A DNA stretch of 64,000 bases from Bremerella sp. (GCF_046290535.1 NZ_JBKAGU010000044.1:91055-155054); one strand, 5' to 3'; shown: positions 28,453 to 39,110, counted from the first letter of the stretch. A program made the numbers and translations. Notes: generated by a model from the sequence alone, not told the origin.

Positions 28453-29700
28453 ATGGCCACATTCGACGTGGAATCGCAACTGGATGTTGAGCGCATCCGA
28501 GCGGATTTCCCCATTCTTCACCAGGTTGACGACGAACAGCATCCCCTTGTCTACCTCGACAACGGCGCTAGTAGCCAACGTCCCAAGTCGGTGATCAATT
28601 GCCTAAGTGGTGTCTATGAAAAGCATTACGCGAATGTTCATCGGGGTGCACATCGCCTCAGTGGTGAGTCGACCGACCTTTTTGAAGAGGCTCGTCGAGC
28701 CGTCCAGCGATTTACCGGGGCGTCGTCCGAGAATGAGGTGATCTTCACCAGCGGAACGACGATGGGCATCAACCTGGTGGCGCGAAGTTGGGGGGATGCC
28801 AACGTCCATTCGGGAGACGAAATTCTGCTGACCGAAATGGAGCATCACTCGAATCTGGTGCCGTGGCAGCAGTTGGCTCAGCGAACCGGCGCGAAGATTC
28901 GGGCAATTCCAGTAACCGCAGACGGCCAGTTGGAGCTCGATTCTCTCTCCGCACGCTTAACCGACCGAACCAAGATTGTTGCCGTCGCAGCCGTTTCCAA
29001 CGTGTTGGGAACGATCAACCCGGTTCGCGAAATCACCCAGGCGGCCCATGCCGTCGGTGCGAAGGTGCTGGTCGACGCAGCCCAGGCCGTACCGCACGAA
29101 GCGATCGACGTCGGTAACTGGGATGCTGATTTCGTCGCATTTAGTGGCCACAAAATGCTGGGGCCTTCCGGCGTGGGCGTTTTGTACGGCAAAGAGGCTC
29201 TGCTGGAAGAGATGCCGCCGTTTTTGGGTGGCGGGAGCATGATCGATGTCGTCGAGATCGATCACTTCACACCAGCGATGTTGCCAGCCAAGTTTGAAGC
29301 CGGTACGCCGCCAATTGCCGATGCGATCGCCATGAAGCCGGCAATCGAATACCTGGAACAGGTTGGCCTCGCCCGGATCCTGCAGCACGAGCAATCGCTG
29401 GCTGCCTACGCCCACGAGCTGTTGGCGGATGTGCCGGGTCTGAAGATTCTGGGGCCGGATGTGAGCAAGAAGGCTGGCATCGTCAGCTTTGTGATCGATG
29501 GCCTGGCCGCGAGTGACATTGCGACGTTTCTGGACGGACGTGGGATAGCCGTTCGCGAAGGGCATCACTGCACCCTGCCGCTGCATAAGAAGCTGGGTAT
29601 CAGTGCGAGCGTGCGGGCGAGTTTCTATCTATATAACACGCGTGAAGAAGTCGAAAAGCTGGCCGATGCCGTACGGACGACCGTTGAATTTTTCGGCTAA
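28453..29700 (+). CDS. sufS: Cysteine desulfurase, SufS type
   Basis: VYLDNGASSQRP, YANVHRG, EMEHHSNLVPWQ, FSGHKMLGP, FEAGTPPI, REGHHCTLP, RASFYLYNT. Confidence 0.95.
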   Translation: MATFDVESQLDVERIRADFPILHQVDDEQHPLVYLDNGASSQRPKSVINCLSGVYEKHYANVHRGAHRLSGESTDLFEEARRAVQRFTGASSENEVIFTSGTTMGINLVARSWGDANVHSGDEILLTEMEHHSNLVPWQQLAQRTGAKIRAIPVTADGQLELDSLSARLTDRTKIVAVAAVSNVLGTINPVREITQAAHAVGAKVLVDAAQAVPHEAIDVGNWDADFVAFSGHKMLGPSGVGVLYGKEALLEEMPPFLGGGSMIDVVEIDHFTPAMLPAKFEAGTPPIADAIAMKPAIEYLEQVGLARILQHEQSLAAYAHELLADVPGLKILGPDVSKKAGIVSFVIDGLAASDIATFLDGRGIAVREGHHCTLPLHKKLGISASVRASFYLYNTREEVEKLADAVRTTVEFFG

Positions 29701-29800
29701 ACCGTAATCCAGGTTACCAGACGGGGCAGCCTAAATTCGCTAGACTGGTCGTTAGAAGCGATCATCACCCCGACTCCCTTTCGGACAGGAAATCAGGCAA

Positions 29801-30256
29801 ATGTCTCAGAAAGATCTGACGCGACGCGACTTTCATAAGCTTTCCGCAGCGGCCCTGAGTGGGATCATGGCGGCCGGCACGATCGGTTGCGGTTCGGAGC
29901 CTGCCCCCAAAACGACCGACAACGATTCCCCAGCTGACGGCGAAGGGACATCTACCGTCGCCAAGCATGCTTGTCGCGGGCTGAACGAGTGCAAAGGACA
30001 AGGGGCCAAGGGCACCAATGAATGTGCCGGGTCGGGCACGTGTGCCACCGTAGAACATCACATCTGTGGCGGCCACAACGAGTGCAAAGGCCAAGGGGGC
30101 TGCGGCAAGACACCAGGTGCCAACGAGTGTGCCGGCAAAGGCGGCTGCCACGTTCCGATGACCGGTGGCATGTGGACGAAGGCCCGCGAGCTATTTGAAG
30201 AGCGGATGAAAGAAAAGGGCGTCGAGCTGAAGCCTGCTCCGGAACCGGCTGCCTAA
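29801..30256 (+). CDS. Cys-rich bufferin-like (BufA2-type) RiPP precursor with Tat/lipoprotein signal
   Basis: TRRDF twin-arginine motif, lipobox-like TIGC, nine further Cys in repeated (N)EC(K/A)GxGxC units; directly upstream of DUF692. Confidence 0.8.
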   Translation: MSQKDLTRRDFHKLSAAALSGIMAAGTIGCGSEPAPKTTDNDSPADGEGTSTVAKHACRGLNECKGQGAKGTNECAGSGTCATVEHHICGGHNECKGQGGCGKTPGANECAGKGGCHVPMTGGMWTKARELFEERMKEKGVELKPAPEPAA

Positions 30257-30289
30257 GACCTTGGTCGCCTAGCACCCTGAGAAGCGATT

Positions 30290-31201
30290 ATGCCACAGCC
30301 ACGGCTTGGCCACGAAAACCTGGGATTGGGGGTCGGACTTCGCTCCCCTCATTTCACCTATATCCTCGAGAACTGGCCTGCGGTCGACTGGTTCGAGATC
30401 ATCTCAGAGAACTACATCGACTCGCAGGGACGTCCGCGATATGTCCTCGATCAAATCGCCGAGCGTTACCCGGTGGTCATGCATGGCGTATCTCTCTCGA
30501 TCGGCAGTACCGACCCGCTCGACTTCGATTATCTCGCCAAACTGAAGTCGCTGTCCCAGGCGATTGGCGCCAGGTGGATCTCCGATCATGTTTGCTGGAC
30601 CGGTGTTTCGGGTCGCAATACGCACGATCTGCTGCCGATTCCGTACAACGAACAGACACTTCAGCATGTGGCCCGGCGCGTTCGCGAGGTGCAGGATTTT
30701 CTCGAGCGTCCGCTGATCCTGGAAGATCCCAGCAGCTACGTCACCTTTGCTGCGTCAACGATGAGTGAATGGGAATTCCTGACGGCATTGACCAAAGAAA
30801 CCGACTGCGGGCTGCTGCTCGATGTGAATAACGTCTGCGTGTCGGCTGTAAACCACGACTTCGATCCGGTCGAGTACATCGAAAACCTTCCGTGGGAAAG
30901 CATCGTTCAATTTCACCTGGCCGGGCACACCAACATGGGCGACTACTGCATCGACACGCACGACGGCCACGTGATCGATCCTGTCTGGAAGCTCTATCGC
31001 TTGGCACATGAGCGAACCGGGGGCGTTTCGACACTTCTGGAGTGGGACGCCAACATCCCTGACTTCGTTACGATGCATGCCGAGGTGCTTAAGGCAAAGA
31101 GATTCATCCAGGGGGAAGCGATCAACGTCGATGAATCTGCCGGCAAGGGGCACACGGTCGTTCCTCACCCTGCTCATCGTATCGAACACGAAGTGAGTTA
31201 G
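30290..31201 (+). CDS. DUF692 multinuclear non-heme iron oxidase (MNIO, BufB/MbnB/TglH family)
   Basis: [66 protein letters not shown]. Confidence 0.95.
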   Translation: MPQPRLGHENLGLGVGLRSPHFTYILENWPAVDWFEIISENYIDSQGRPRYVLDQIAERYPVVMHGVSLSIGSTDPLDFDYLAKLKSLSQAIGARWISDHVCWTGVSGRNTHDLLPIPYNEQTLQHVARRVREVQDFLERPLILEDPSSYVTFAASTMSEWEFLTALTKETDCGLLLDVNNVCVSAVNHDFDPVEYIENLPWESIVQFHLAGHTNMGDYCIDTHDGHVIDPVWKLYRLAHERTGGVSTLLEWDANIPDFVTMHAEVLKAKRFIQGEAINVDESAGKGHTVVPHPAHRIEHEVS

Positions 31202-31205
31202 GGCG

Positions 31206-32108
31206 ATGACCGAAAGCCAGCCGAATCCGCACGACTTGCCAGTTCTGCAGAAATGGATGCAGTCGGTCATTATGCATGTCGATGGCGTCGTCGAAGGGAT
31301 CCATTCTTCCGAAGCCCAGCAGCAAATCGCAGTCGATGCATCGCAGATCGAATCGGTCGTTACGCCCAGCAAGCGACGAACGAGCGTGCAGCGACTGGAG
31401 GTATACGCCCATGCGTACTATGCCCGGCTGGTCGAGTGTTTGAAGTCGATCTACCCGCTGTTTGCCAAGACGGTCGGGGACGAACTGTTCGATCAATTTG
31501 CGATCGCCTACCTGCAACGGTATCCGTCGCAGTCGTACACACTGAATCGGCTGGGTGATCGATTCCCCGATTTCCTGGAAGAGACCAGCCCGGCGCGTCG
31601 TGCTGATGAACTGGGGTTTGAAGACTTTCTGGTTGGGCTCGCCGTTACCGAGCGCTCGATCGACGCGATCTTCGATGGGTCGGGTGTTGAGCAGGCCGAA
31701 GTGCTTTCGCCATCGCAGCTTGAAGGCATATCACCTGAAGCGTTCGCCGAGGCCACGTTCCAGATGGTGCCTAGTCTGCGGCTGCACTCGTTTCCGTTTC
31801 CGATCAGTGACTTCATCACGGCGATCAAGCAAGATCCCCAGGCACAAATGCCAGAAGCCGCACCCAGTTGGTTGGCATTAACCCGTCGGGACTACGTCGT
31901 TCGCCGTGTCCCCCTTTCGCGCTGGGAATATCATCTGCTGGTGCGGCTTGCCGAGGGGCTGAGTGTTTTCCAGGCAATCGAAGGGGCGTTCAATGAGGTC
32001 GCTCCGGCGGAAGATATCTCCGAGCTGCTAGCGGCTGCATTCCAAAAATTCACCAATGAGCAGTTCTTTCTGGCAATTCATCTCTCGCCGCAGCGAAGAG
32101 AAGGATAG
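31206..32108 (+). CDS. DUF2063-type MNIO partner protein (BufC/HvfC-like)
   Basis: RLEVYAHAYYARLVECL..YP, YLQRYPSQSYTLNRLG..FP.FL; canonical position after DUF692. Confidence 0.88.
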   Translation: MTESQPNPHDLPVLQKWMQSVIMHVDGVVEGIHSSEAQQQIAVDASQIESVVTPSKRRTSVQRLEVYAHAYYARLVECLKSIYPLFAKTVGDELFDQFAIAYLQRYPSQSYTLNRLGDRFPDFLEETSPARRADELGFEDFLVGLAVTERSIDAIFDGSGVEQAEVLSPSQLEGISPEAFAEATFQMVPSLRLHSFPFPISDFITAIKQDPQAQMPEAAPSWLALTRRDYVVRRVPLSRWEYHLLVRLAEGLSVFQAIEGAFNEVAPAEDISELLAAAFQKFTNEQFFLAIHLSPQRREG

Positions 32109-32232
32109 GCAATTTGTTATCGATTCTCGGTGATCTTCACCAACGCATAAATGCAGGCCGGTCAGATCCCGAGAATGGGTAAATCTTATGTAAGAAGCGA
32201 GGAAATGGAGGGGGAATGGGGGGCACTGTGGC

Positions 32233-32260
32233 TTGTGATCAGCCCAAGAGCCCCTACAAT
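32233..32260 (+). promoter_or_regulatory. Candidate promoter for btaAB
   Basis: TTGTGA(32233-32238)-N16-TACAAT(32255-32260), about 100 nt upstream of ATG 32364. Confidence 0.35.
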
Positions 32261-32363
32261 CAATGAGTTACTTTGGGGTTCTGATTCTAGGACTCCATGA
32301 ATTGGCAGGGTTACCCTTCCGGTTTCCCCCATCCTTGCCTGATCTAGTTCTTTGAGGGCCGCA

Positions 32364-33563
32364 ATGGCATTGGTTAGCTGGGTTCGAGGTCGTGTTTTTA
32401 ACTTCGTTCACCGTAACAACTTAGTGTACAACACCTGCTGGGAAGACCCTCGTTTGGACCGGGTCGCCCTAGAGATTCAACCGCATCACAACGTGATGGT
32501 CATCACGTCGGCTGGTTGCAACGCACTAGACTACGTTCTGGCCGGTGCGAACCATGTTTACGCGGTCGACATGAATCCACGGCAAAACGCCCTGCTGGAT
32601 CTCAAGAAAGCGGCCATCCAGAACCTGGAGTATGAAGACTTCTTCTCCATGTTCGGCAAAGGCCAGTTGCTCGACTTCAAGGAATCTTACAAGTCGAAAT
32701 TACGAGGCTCGCTGCCGGAATGGTCGCGCAGCTATTGGGATCGGAAGATCAAGTACTTCCGTCCTCGCAAAAAGCGAAGCTTCTACTTCCGCGGTACGTC
32801 CGGTGCATTTGCCAAGGTGGTGAACATGTACGTCGAGAACGTTCTGCGGATGCGACCGCTGGTTCTCGAACTGCTCGACGCCAAAACCGTGGAAGAGCAG
32901 AAAGAGATCTTCGAGGTCATCGACCGCAAGCTGTGGACCGGCCCGCTTAAGTTTGCGATGAGCCGCGACACCACGTGGAGCCTGGTGGGTGTGCCACGCG
33001 CCCAACGCGAACACTTGGAGAAACAGTACTCCAACGGCATTGTTGACTTCGTGCAAGACAACATGCGTGCCGTCTTCGCCGAACTTCCAATCCAGGACAA
33101 TTACTTCTGGCGCGTGTATGTCACCGGTCAGTACACCGAAGAGTGTTGTCCGGAATACCTCAAGCCTGAGAACTTCCAGAAGTTGAAGGACGGCCTGGTG
33201 CACAAGGTCAGTACGCATACCGACTCGGTGCAGCACTTCCTCGAAAAGCACGAAGGGCATCCGATCCATCGCCTGGTGCTGCTGGATCACCAAGACTGGC
33301 TGACCGACAAGCTCTACTTCGCCCTCGAAAACGAATGGCAAGCCATCGTCAATCGGATGGAAGGGGAAGAAGATGCCCGTATCATCTGGCGAACCGGCGG
33401 TTTGAACACCGACTTTATCGATGAAGTGGAAGTGACTCATCAAGGCCAGAAGAAACAGGTCGGCGAACTGTTGACCTACAATCAGCCGCTGGCCGACGAG
33501 CTTCACGTCAAGGATCGCGTGCACACCTACGGGGCGTTCCGCATCGCGGACATCGCTGCCTAA
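32364..33563 (+). CDS. btaA: BtaA-like SAM:diacylglycerol 3-amino-3-carboxypropyl transferase (DUF3419)
   Basis: [63 protein letters not shown]. Confidence 0.85.
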   Translation: MALVSWVRGRVFNFVHRNNLVYNTCWEDPRLDRVALEIQPHHNVMVITSAGCNALDYVLAGANHVYAVDMNPRQNALLDLKKAAIQNLEYEDFFSMFGKGQLLDFKESYKSKLRGSLPEWSRSYWDRKIKYFRPRKKRSFYFRGTSGAFAKVVNMYVENVLRMRPLVLELLDAKTVEEQKEIFEVIDRKLWTGPLKFAMSRDTTWSLVGVPRAQREHLEKQYSNGIVDFVQDNMRAVFAELPIQDNYFWRVYVTGQYTEECCPEYLKPENFQKLKDGLVHKVSTHTDSVQHFLEKHEGHPIHRLVLLDHQDWLTDKLYFALENEWQAIVNRMEGEEDARIIWRTGGLNTDFIDEVEVTHQGQKKQVGELLTYNQPLADELHVKDRVHTYGAFRIADIAA

Positions 33564-33589
33564 GTCACGCCAATCTTGAGGAGCATCGG

Positions 33590-34324
33590 ATGAGTCTGGC
33601 TTCAGACCTGAAAGTCTTGTATCACCTTGCCGTTAAGCCGGTAAAGGGAGACAACCACGCCGAACGTTTAGACAGCTTCTACAGCGGTCAGGCTGGCGCC
33701 TACGACGACTTTCGCAAGCGTCTGCTCAAAGGGCGGGAAGAGATGTACCGCTCGATCGAGCCCCCACAGGATGCCGTGTGGGTCGACATGGGTGGCGGAA
33801 CGGGCTCGAATCTCGAGTTCATTTCTGATCGCATCGGCCAACTGAAGCAGGCCTACGTAGTTGATCTAGCGTCTTCCCTGTTGAAAGTGTGTGACGACCG
33901 CATCCAAGAACGCGGTTGGAACAACGTGAAGACGGTCGAAGCCGACGCGACGACCTGGACACCCGACGAAGGGTACGCCGACGTCGTGACGTTTTCGTAC
34001 TCGCTGACGATGATTCCCGATTGGTTCGCGGCGATTGATAACGCACTGCGTATCTTGAAGCCAGGCGGAACGATCGGCGTCGTCGACTTTTACGTATCCC
34101 GTAAATTCCCCGACGAGGCCCTCAAGCGTCATCCGTGGTTCACGCGTAGTTTCTGGCCGGTTTGGTTCGCTTCGGACAATGTGTTCCCTTCACGCGATCA
34201 TGTCCCCTATTTGCGTCGACACTTCGATACCACCAAGCTGGAAGAAAACCGTGCGAAGGTCCCTTACCTGTTGTGGTTCAAGACGCCTTATTACATCTTC
34301 ACCGGCACGAAACGCGAAGCGTAG
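33590..34324 (+). CDS. btaB: BtaB-like SAM-dependent methyltransferase (betaine lipid synthesis)
   Basis: [60 protein letters not shown]; adjacent to btaA. Confidence 0.8.
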   Translation: MSLASDLKVLYHLAVKPVKGDNHAERLDSFYSGQAGAYDDFRKRLLKGREEMYRSIEPPQDAVWVDMGGGTGSNLEFISDRIGQLKQAYVVDLASSLLKVCDDRIQERGWNNVKTVEADATTWTPDEGYADVVTFSYSLTMIPDWFAAIDNALRILKPGGTIGVVDFYVSRKFPDEALKRHPWFTRSFWPVWFASDNVFPSRDHVPYLRRHFDTTKLEENRAKVPYLLWFKTPYYIFTGTKREA

Positions 34325-34381
34325 GTCCGCGTGCGGCGACGATAGCCAAATGGAACTTCCACTAGCGAAATAGTAAAGCCC

Positions 34382-35035
34382 ATGGCGAAATCGGTTCTCT
34401 CACCATCCTTCCTGTTTCAGTATTCAGTCCCGCTGAATTATCGCGAGAAGATCTGGCAGCAAAAGCCGCTGGAGTACTCCGACGACTACAAGCTGCGCGG
34501 GTTCGGAGAACTCGACAGCCGGAAGCAGTTCGCCGATGTGCGCGGTGGCTGGAACGAACGGGGTGTTTCCTTCTCGGTGTTGGTCACCGGAAAGCGTCAG
34601 CCGGTGTGGTGCCGCGAGAGTCGCGTCGACGAGAGCGACGGTTTTCAGCTCTGGATCGATACCCGGGCCACGCACAACGTCCACCGCGCGACACGGTTTT
34701 GTCATCGGTTTGCTTTCCTACCAATCGGTGCCGGGCCAAGCTATCGCGATCCGGTTGGGGATCAGTTGCTGATCAACCGTGCGCGAGAGAACGCTAACCC
34801 GGTCCGCCCCGGAGACCTGCGTGTCCGCGGAACGCTGACCAAAGATGGCTACCTGCTTGAGTGCTGCGTGCCGGCCACGAGCCTGACCGGGTACGACCCA
34901 AGCGAATACGACAAGCTCGGTTTCTTTTACGCCGTGATGGACCGCGAACTGGGATGGCAGACGCAAAGCGTCAATACGCAGTTCCCCATTGACGAAGACC
35001 CTAGTATCTGGACGACGCTCGAGTTGGTTCGTTAA
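34382..35035 (+). CDS. Hypothetical protein, DOMON/CBM9-like fold
   Basis: FADVRGGWNERG, DGFQLWIDTR, GYLLECCVP..LTGYDP, LGFFYAV.D pattern. Confidence 0.6.
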   Translation: MAKSVLSPSFLFQYSVPLNYREKIWQQKPLEYSDDYKLRGFGELDSRKQFADVRGGWNERGVSFSVLVTGKRQPVWCRESRVDESDGFQLWIDTRATHNVHRATRFCHRFAFLPIGAGPSYRDPVGDQLLINRARENANPVRPGDLRVRGTLTKDGYLLECCVPATSLTGYDPSEYDKLGFFYAVMDRELGWQTQSVNTQFPIDEDPSIWTTLELVR

Positions 35036-36657
35036 AAGTCGCGTAAGATCTCGACAGCTGCATTCTTGCCGCACGCCCCCATCACACCACCCCCTGGGTG
35101 GCTGGCGGCTCCGCACAGGTAAAGCCCTTTCACCGGCGTACGATGATCGGCCCAGCCTGGGATCGGCCGCATGGCGAACAACTGGTTGAAGTTCATCGCC
35201 CCTTGCATGATGTTGCCTCCGGTCAGGCCATAGACCCGCTCGAGGTCCAGCGGCGAGAGAACCTGGCGATGCATGACAGCCCCTGGCACATTCGGAGCAT
35301 ACTGCCCGATCTTTTCGATGCAGCGATCGGCGAACGACTCCTTGATATCATCCCAGTTGGCATCCCGCAGTTTGTACGGGGCGTACTGCACAAAGATCGA
35401 CAGGATGTGCTTCCCGTCTGGGGCGATCGTCTTGTCGACCGACGTGGGCATCGTCATTTCCAAAATCGGCTCTTCGCTCGGCCGCCCATACTTGGCATCG
35501 TCGTAGGCGCGTTCGATGTAATCCATCGTCGGAGAGATATGCATCGTCCCGCGATGAATCGGGCTCAGGCCGGATTCTGGGTATGCCGTGAACTGTGGCG
35601 GCTCGGCCAAGGCCAGGTTGATCTTCGCCGAGGCCGAAGCGTAATCGATGTTCGAGACGGCCCGCAGAAAGTCGGCCGGCAACTGATCAGGCGAAAGGAA
35701 TTTGCGGAACGTCAGATTCGCATCCACGCTGGAAGCCACCACCTTGGCCTCGTAGTTGGTTCCATCTTCCAGTTCGACTCCTTGGGCCTTCCCGTCGCTG
35801 GTGTGGATCTTCGCGACAGGTGCTTCGCGGACGATCGTTACGCCCATTTCTTCGCAGGTTTTGGCAAGCGAAGCGGCAATGCCACCCATGCCACCTTCGA
35901 CAAAGCCCCAGACACCCCGTTTTCCGCCTGCTTCCCCCATCACATGGTGCAGCAGCACATAGGCCGTGCCGGGTGCCGAGATCGATGCGAACGCGCCAAT
36001 GATTGCGTCGGTGGCGAGCGTTGCCCGTAGGGGTTCGCTTTCAAACCAACGTTCGAGGATCGGCCGGGCAGCGCCTGAGAGCAGTTCGATGGCTTCGGGG
36101 ATCTCTCCGCCGAGTTTGCCGAAGGTCTGGTAGAAGCTCCACAGCCGCGACGTATCGCGAATCTTCTTCGTCAGCGAGACATGCCGCCAGTCTTTAGGCA
36201 TCGGCAGCGGATCGGGCGCCGTCTTCATCAGAATCGGTTCGACGACTGCGGCAATGCGTTCCAGAAGTTCGTTGTACTTCGGATACTGCTGGGCATCGTG
36301 CTGACTGAACTTAGCGATTTCCCTGGTGTTGGAGTCGACGTCGTGCCCTAGCAGCAAGTAGCGACCATCGTCGGTAGGGGTAAACGAGGCGGGATCGCGC
36401 GGGAGGATTTTCAGGCCATTTTGCTTGAGCCTAAGATCATTAATGATCTCTGGCAGAAGCAAGCTGACGACGTAGGATGCGGTCGAGACCTTAAAGCCGG
36501 GCCATAGCTCTTCGCTGGTCGAACATCCCCCAAGCACGTGTCGACGTTCCAGCACCGCGACCTTCTTGCCTGACTTGGCCAGGTAGGCAGCGGTAATCAA
36601 GCCGTTGTGTCCAGCGCCGATTACAACGCAATCATAGTGCCCGCCACGGGATGCCAT
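35032..36657 (-). CDS. FAD-dependent oxidoreductase, phytoene desaturase-like family (PYROXD2-like)
   Basis: VIGAGHNGL..AAYLA, VLERR..LGG, TAYVLLHH, GGMGGI, GGNIMQG, LYLCGAASHPGGGVMG. Confidence 0.9.
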   Translation of the reverse strand: MASRGGHYDCVVIGAGHNGLITAAYLAKSGKKVAVLERRHVLGGCSTSEELWPGFKVSTASYVVSLLLPEIINDLRLKQNGLKILPRDPASFTPTDDGRYLLLGHDVDSNTREIAKFSQHDAQQYPKYNELLERIAAVVEPILMKTAPDPLPMPKDWRHVSLTKKIRDTSRLWSFYQTFGKLGGEIPEAIELLSGAARPILERWFESEPLRATLATDAIIGAFASISAPGTAYVLLHHVMGEAGGKRGVWGFVEGGMGGIAASLAKTCEEMGVTIVREAPVAKIHTSDGKAQGVELEDGTNYEAKVVASSVDANLTFRKFLSPDQLPADFLRAVSNIDYASASAKINLALAEPPQFTAYPESGLSPIHRGTMHISPTMDYIERAYDDAKYGRPSEEPILEMTMPTSVDKTIAPDGKHILSIFVQYAPYKLRDANWDDIKESFADRCIEKIGQYAPNVPGAVMHRQVLSPLDLERVYGLTGGNIMQGAMNFNQLFAMRPIPGWADHRTPVKGLYLCGAASHPGGGVMGACGKNAAVEILRDF

Positions 36658-36800
36658 ACGAAACCAATCCTTGCTGTGGGAAGTCTGCGACTGAGGGATA
36701 TCAATCTAGACTTCGCCACAAGCGAGCGGAAAAGTTTACCGGGGCAACGGCAATCGAATCGATCGTTACAACCGCGATAAGCGAGAGAGCAATCCCAGCC

Positions 36801-38405
36801 CTAATGCAGAGCGGGGATCTCCGTCACCCCTGTCAGCCGCGTGAACTCTTGTAGACGCTGCTGAGAGGTGACCTTTTCGATCGAGTCCTTCATGTTCTCG
36901 TCGGCCTTCTGATACCACTGGGCAGCGCGGCCAAGGAACTTGTTGCGTTCGGCACCAGGCGGGCTCGAGATACCGATCTCCCACCAACCTTCCGCAATCC
37001 GAAATTGAACGCGAGGATCGACGGTTGACGAGCTTTCTGTTTCAGCGAGGTACTCGAAACGATCGTCGTTGCTGTGCAGCAGAAACTTAAAGCCCTTCTC
37101 CCAGTTGTTGCGGTGGACACACCAGTACTTGCCGACCATCAGGTTTCCTTCTTCGTCCAGTGAAGGAACCTCAAGCGACAGGAAACGAGCCTGGATGGCA
37201 TCAAAGTCCTTACGCGACGATTTCAGACGGGACTTTAGGGTCTCCAGTTCTGAGATCGTCTTCTGATCGTTCTGGCTAGCTGCGTAGCGAGAACCAATTT
37301 GAATCAGTTGGTCCATCGCTTCGTAGTTGTTGTCTTGCTCGGCACGTTCCAGAATTGACTTGGCAAGCTCGCGGAACGCAGGCAGTTCGTGGGCCGGAAT
37401 CTTCTGCAGATTCTCCGCTCCAAAGCGAACCGTGTATAAGTCCGAGCTGAAGCTGTCGACTTGGAATTTTGCCTGCAGCTTGTCGAACGAGTCTTTCAGC
37501 AAGACGGGGCTCTTAGCGAGGATGGCAAATCGATACGCGATCTGCAGGGCCGCAAATTGTTTCGCCGGGTCATCCTTCAGGTATTCCGAATGTTGGATCA
37601 GCTTCTCAGCGATCTCTTCCTTCTTCTTGTCTTGGTCCGCATTGCGAGCTTCGTTTTGAAACAGTCGTCGCAACTCGATCGTTGCCGTATCGATTTCAAT
37701 CCGTGACGGCAAAGGTAACTTCGAAGGATCCAAGTCGTTTCGCGAAAGTGGAGCGGCAAGGGGATCGGTCGACGTCAAGGAAGTTGCCGCCGGGGAACCA
37801 TCTTCGAGACCACCTTCGACTTGCGGAGCACTCGAAGCAACTTCACTCAAGTTGATGGGGTTGCTGACAACAAACAACCGGTTGAGATGGTCGTTGCTGA
37901 TCACGGGGAATTCATGCACGACGCCGTCGCCCGTGATGGCAAAGAATCGGCTGTCGGGCCAACCTGTGATGCCGTTGGCGGGTGCCGAAGGATCGAACGG
38001 CAAGTCGTCGGGCTTGGTCCAGACAACACGATTGGCCGGATCGGCGACTTCTACAATGACAACCGAATTGTGCAGGCCGCGCGGGCTGAGGGAGCTGATC
38101 GGGTTGGGGCGACGCTCGTTCACGGCACACGTAGGACCTGTCACAAACACGAAGTTCGTACGGTCATCCTCGACGTCTGGTGTCCAGAATGCGTAGGGCT
38201 TCTCCCCAGCAAGTTTAATGTTGTGTGGGCTGTCCCAGGGCTCGTCGAGATGGAACTTGTTGTAGAGTTCGGTGTAGCCAAGATAAGGGAGCAAGTGCAC
38301 GCGCCAGCTTAGCAGTTGACTTCCCTGCTTGTTGGCTGGGGCTGCCGCCGGAATCGTTTGGTTATCTGCGACCTGCTGGGCTAGTGCTTGCCCAAGGATG
38401 TGCAT
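36801..38405 (-). CDS. DUF1559-containing protein, C-terminal part of a probably split gene
   Basis: LSWRVHLLPYLG..LYNKFHLDEPWDSPHN and VVWTKPDDL are DUF1559 hallmarks; domain similarity begins upstream of the ATG. Confidence 0.8.
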   Translation of the reverse strand: MHILGQALAQQVADNQTIPAAAPANKQGSQLLSWRVHLLPYLGYTELYNKFHLDEPWDSPHNIKLAGEKPYAFWTPDVEDDRTNFVFVTGPTCAVNERRPNPISSLSPRGLHNSVVIVEVADPANRVVWTKPDDLPFDPSAPANGITGWPDSRFFAITGDGVVHEFPVISNDHLNRLFVVSNPINLSEVASSAPQVEGGLEDGSPAATSLTSTDPLAAPLSRNDLDPSKLPLPSRIEIDTATIELRRLFQNEARNADQDKKKEEIAEKLIQHSEYLKDDPAKQFAALQIAYRFAILAKSPVLLKDSFDKLQAKFQVDSFSSDLYTVRFGAENLQKIPAHELPAFRELAKSILERAEQDNNYEAMDQLIQIGSRYAASQNDQKTISELETLKSRLKSSRKDFDAIQARFLSLEVPSLDEEGNLMVGKYWCVHRNNWEKGFKFLLHSNDDRFEYLAETESSSTVDPRVQFRIAEGWWEIGISSPPGAERNKFLGRAAQWYQKADENMKDSIEKVTSQQRLQEFTRLTGVTEIPALH

Positions 38406-38908
38406 GACAGCTCGCGTGCGCGCCTTCGTCTGAATTCATCGCCATGAACTGGCTGCAATTTAAAACCTTCTAGAATAGCAAATCGATCACGGGCACCGGC
38501 GATCTGGCTGGTAGCAGCAGCGTCGGCTGGCGCTGTGGCTGCGACCATTGGTGGAGCGGCCGGTGTCGTCGGAGCAGCAGGTTGCGTTACCGGCTGAGGT
38601 GTTGGCTTTGGCGCTGGCGGTTCGGCTGGTTGGCTCTCAGGGGCTGGCTCTGCCGGTGCCGGTTTGGTTTCTGCAGGCTTCGTTTCGGCAGGGGGCTTGG
38701 GCTCGGGCTTCTTTTCGGCAGGTGCCGGTGCTGGAGCCGGCTTCTCGTCGTCGTTGCCGCCACGCTTGAGATCGAATCGGGCCAGTTTGCTTGCTGGGGA
38801 ATCCCCCCCGCAACCACCACAGCCACTGACGGCCAGGCAGAGAAACGTCACAAAAACCAACGAGGCCAATTGCCTCGAATTCGCCCAAATCATAGAGCCA
38901 AAAATCAT
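38381..38908 (-). CDS. Lipoprotein signal + Pro/Ala-rich linker, probable N-terminal part of the split DUF1559 gene
   Basis: Lipobox-like LAVSGC, PAPAPAEKKPEPKPPAETKPAETKP linker; overlaps the next ORF by 25 nt. Confidence 0.65.
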   Translation of the reverse strand: MIFGSMIWANSRQLASLVFVTFLCLAVSGCGGCGGDSPASKLARFDLKRGGNDDEKPAPAPAPAEKKPEPKPPAETKPAETKPAPAEPAPESQPAEPPAPKPTPQPVTQPAAPTTPAAPPMVAATAPADAAATSQIAGARDRFAILEGFKLQPVHGDEFRRRRARELSCTSLGKH

Positions 38909-39110
38909 CGCTAACCGTGGGAGTCAGGTTGATCGATCCGCGGGATGATCAACGGGTTTCTAGAACTGTTCGACACTTATCGACGAACAGGACAATGCAT
39001 CAGGCGTGCATTGTAGACGACTTCCCTGGCTGCCAATTGCGGCTCAAATGCAATTAGCGCATTCTTCATCTGCTCGCAACAAACCTCTCGCAATTGACCG
39101 TTTCCGACGA

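Noticed and set aside
29701-29800. Possible metal-responsive ECF promoter upstream of the bufferin-like operon
   Set aside because: GTAATC is present, but there is no matching -10 element at the expected spacing; not supportable.
38560-38760. Short repeated units in the lipoprotein linker
   Set aside because: Low-complexity Pro/Ala/Glu/Lys coding sequence, not a DNA repeat array.
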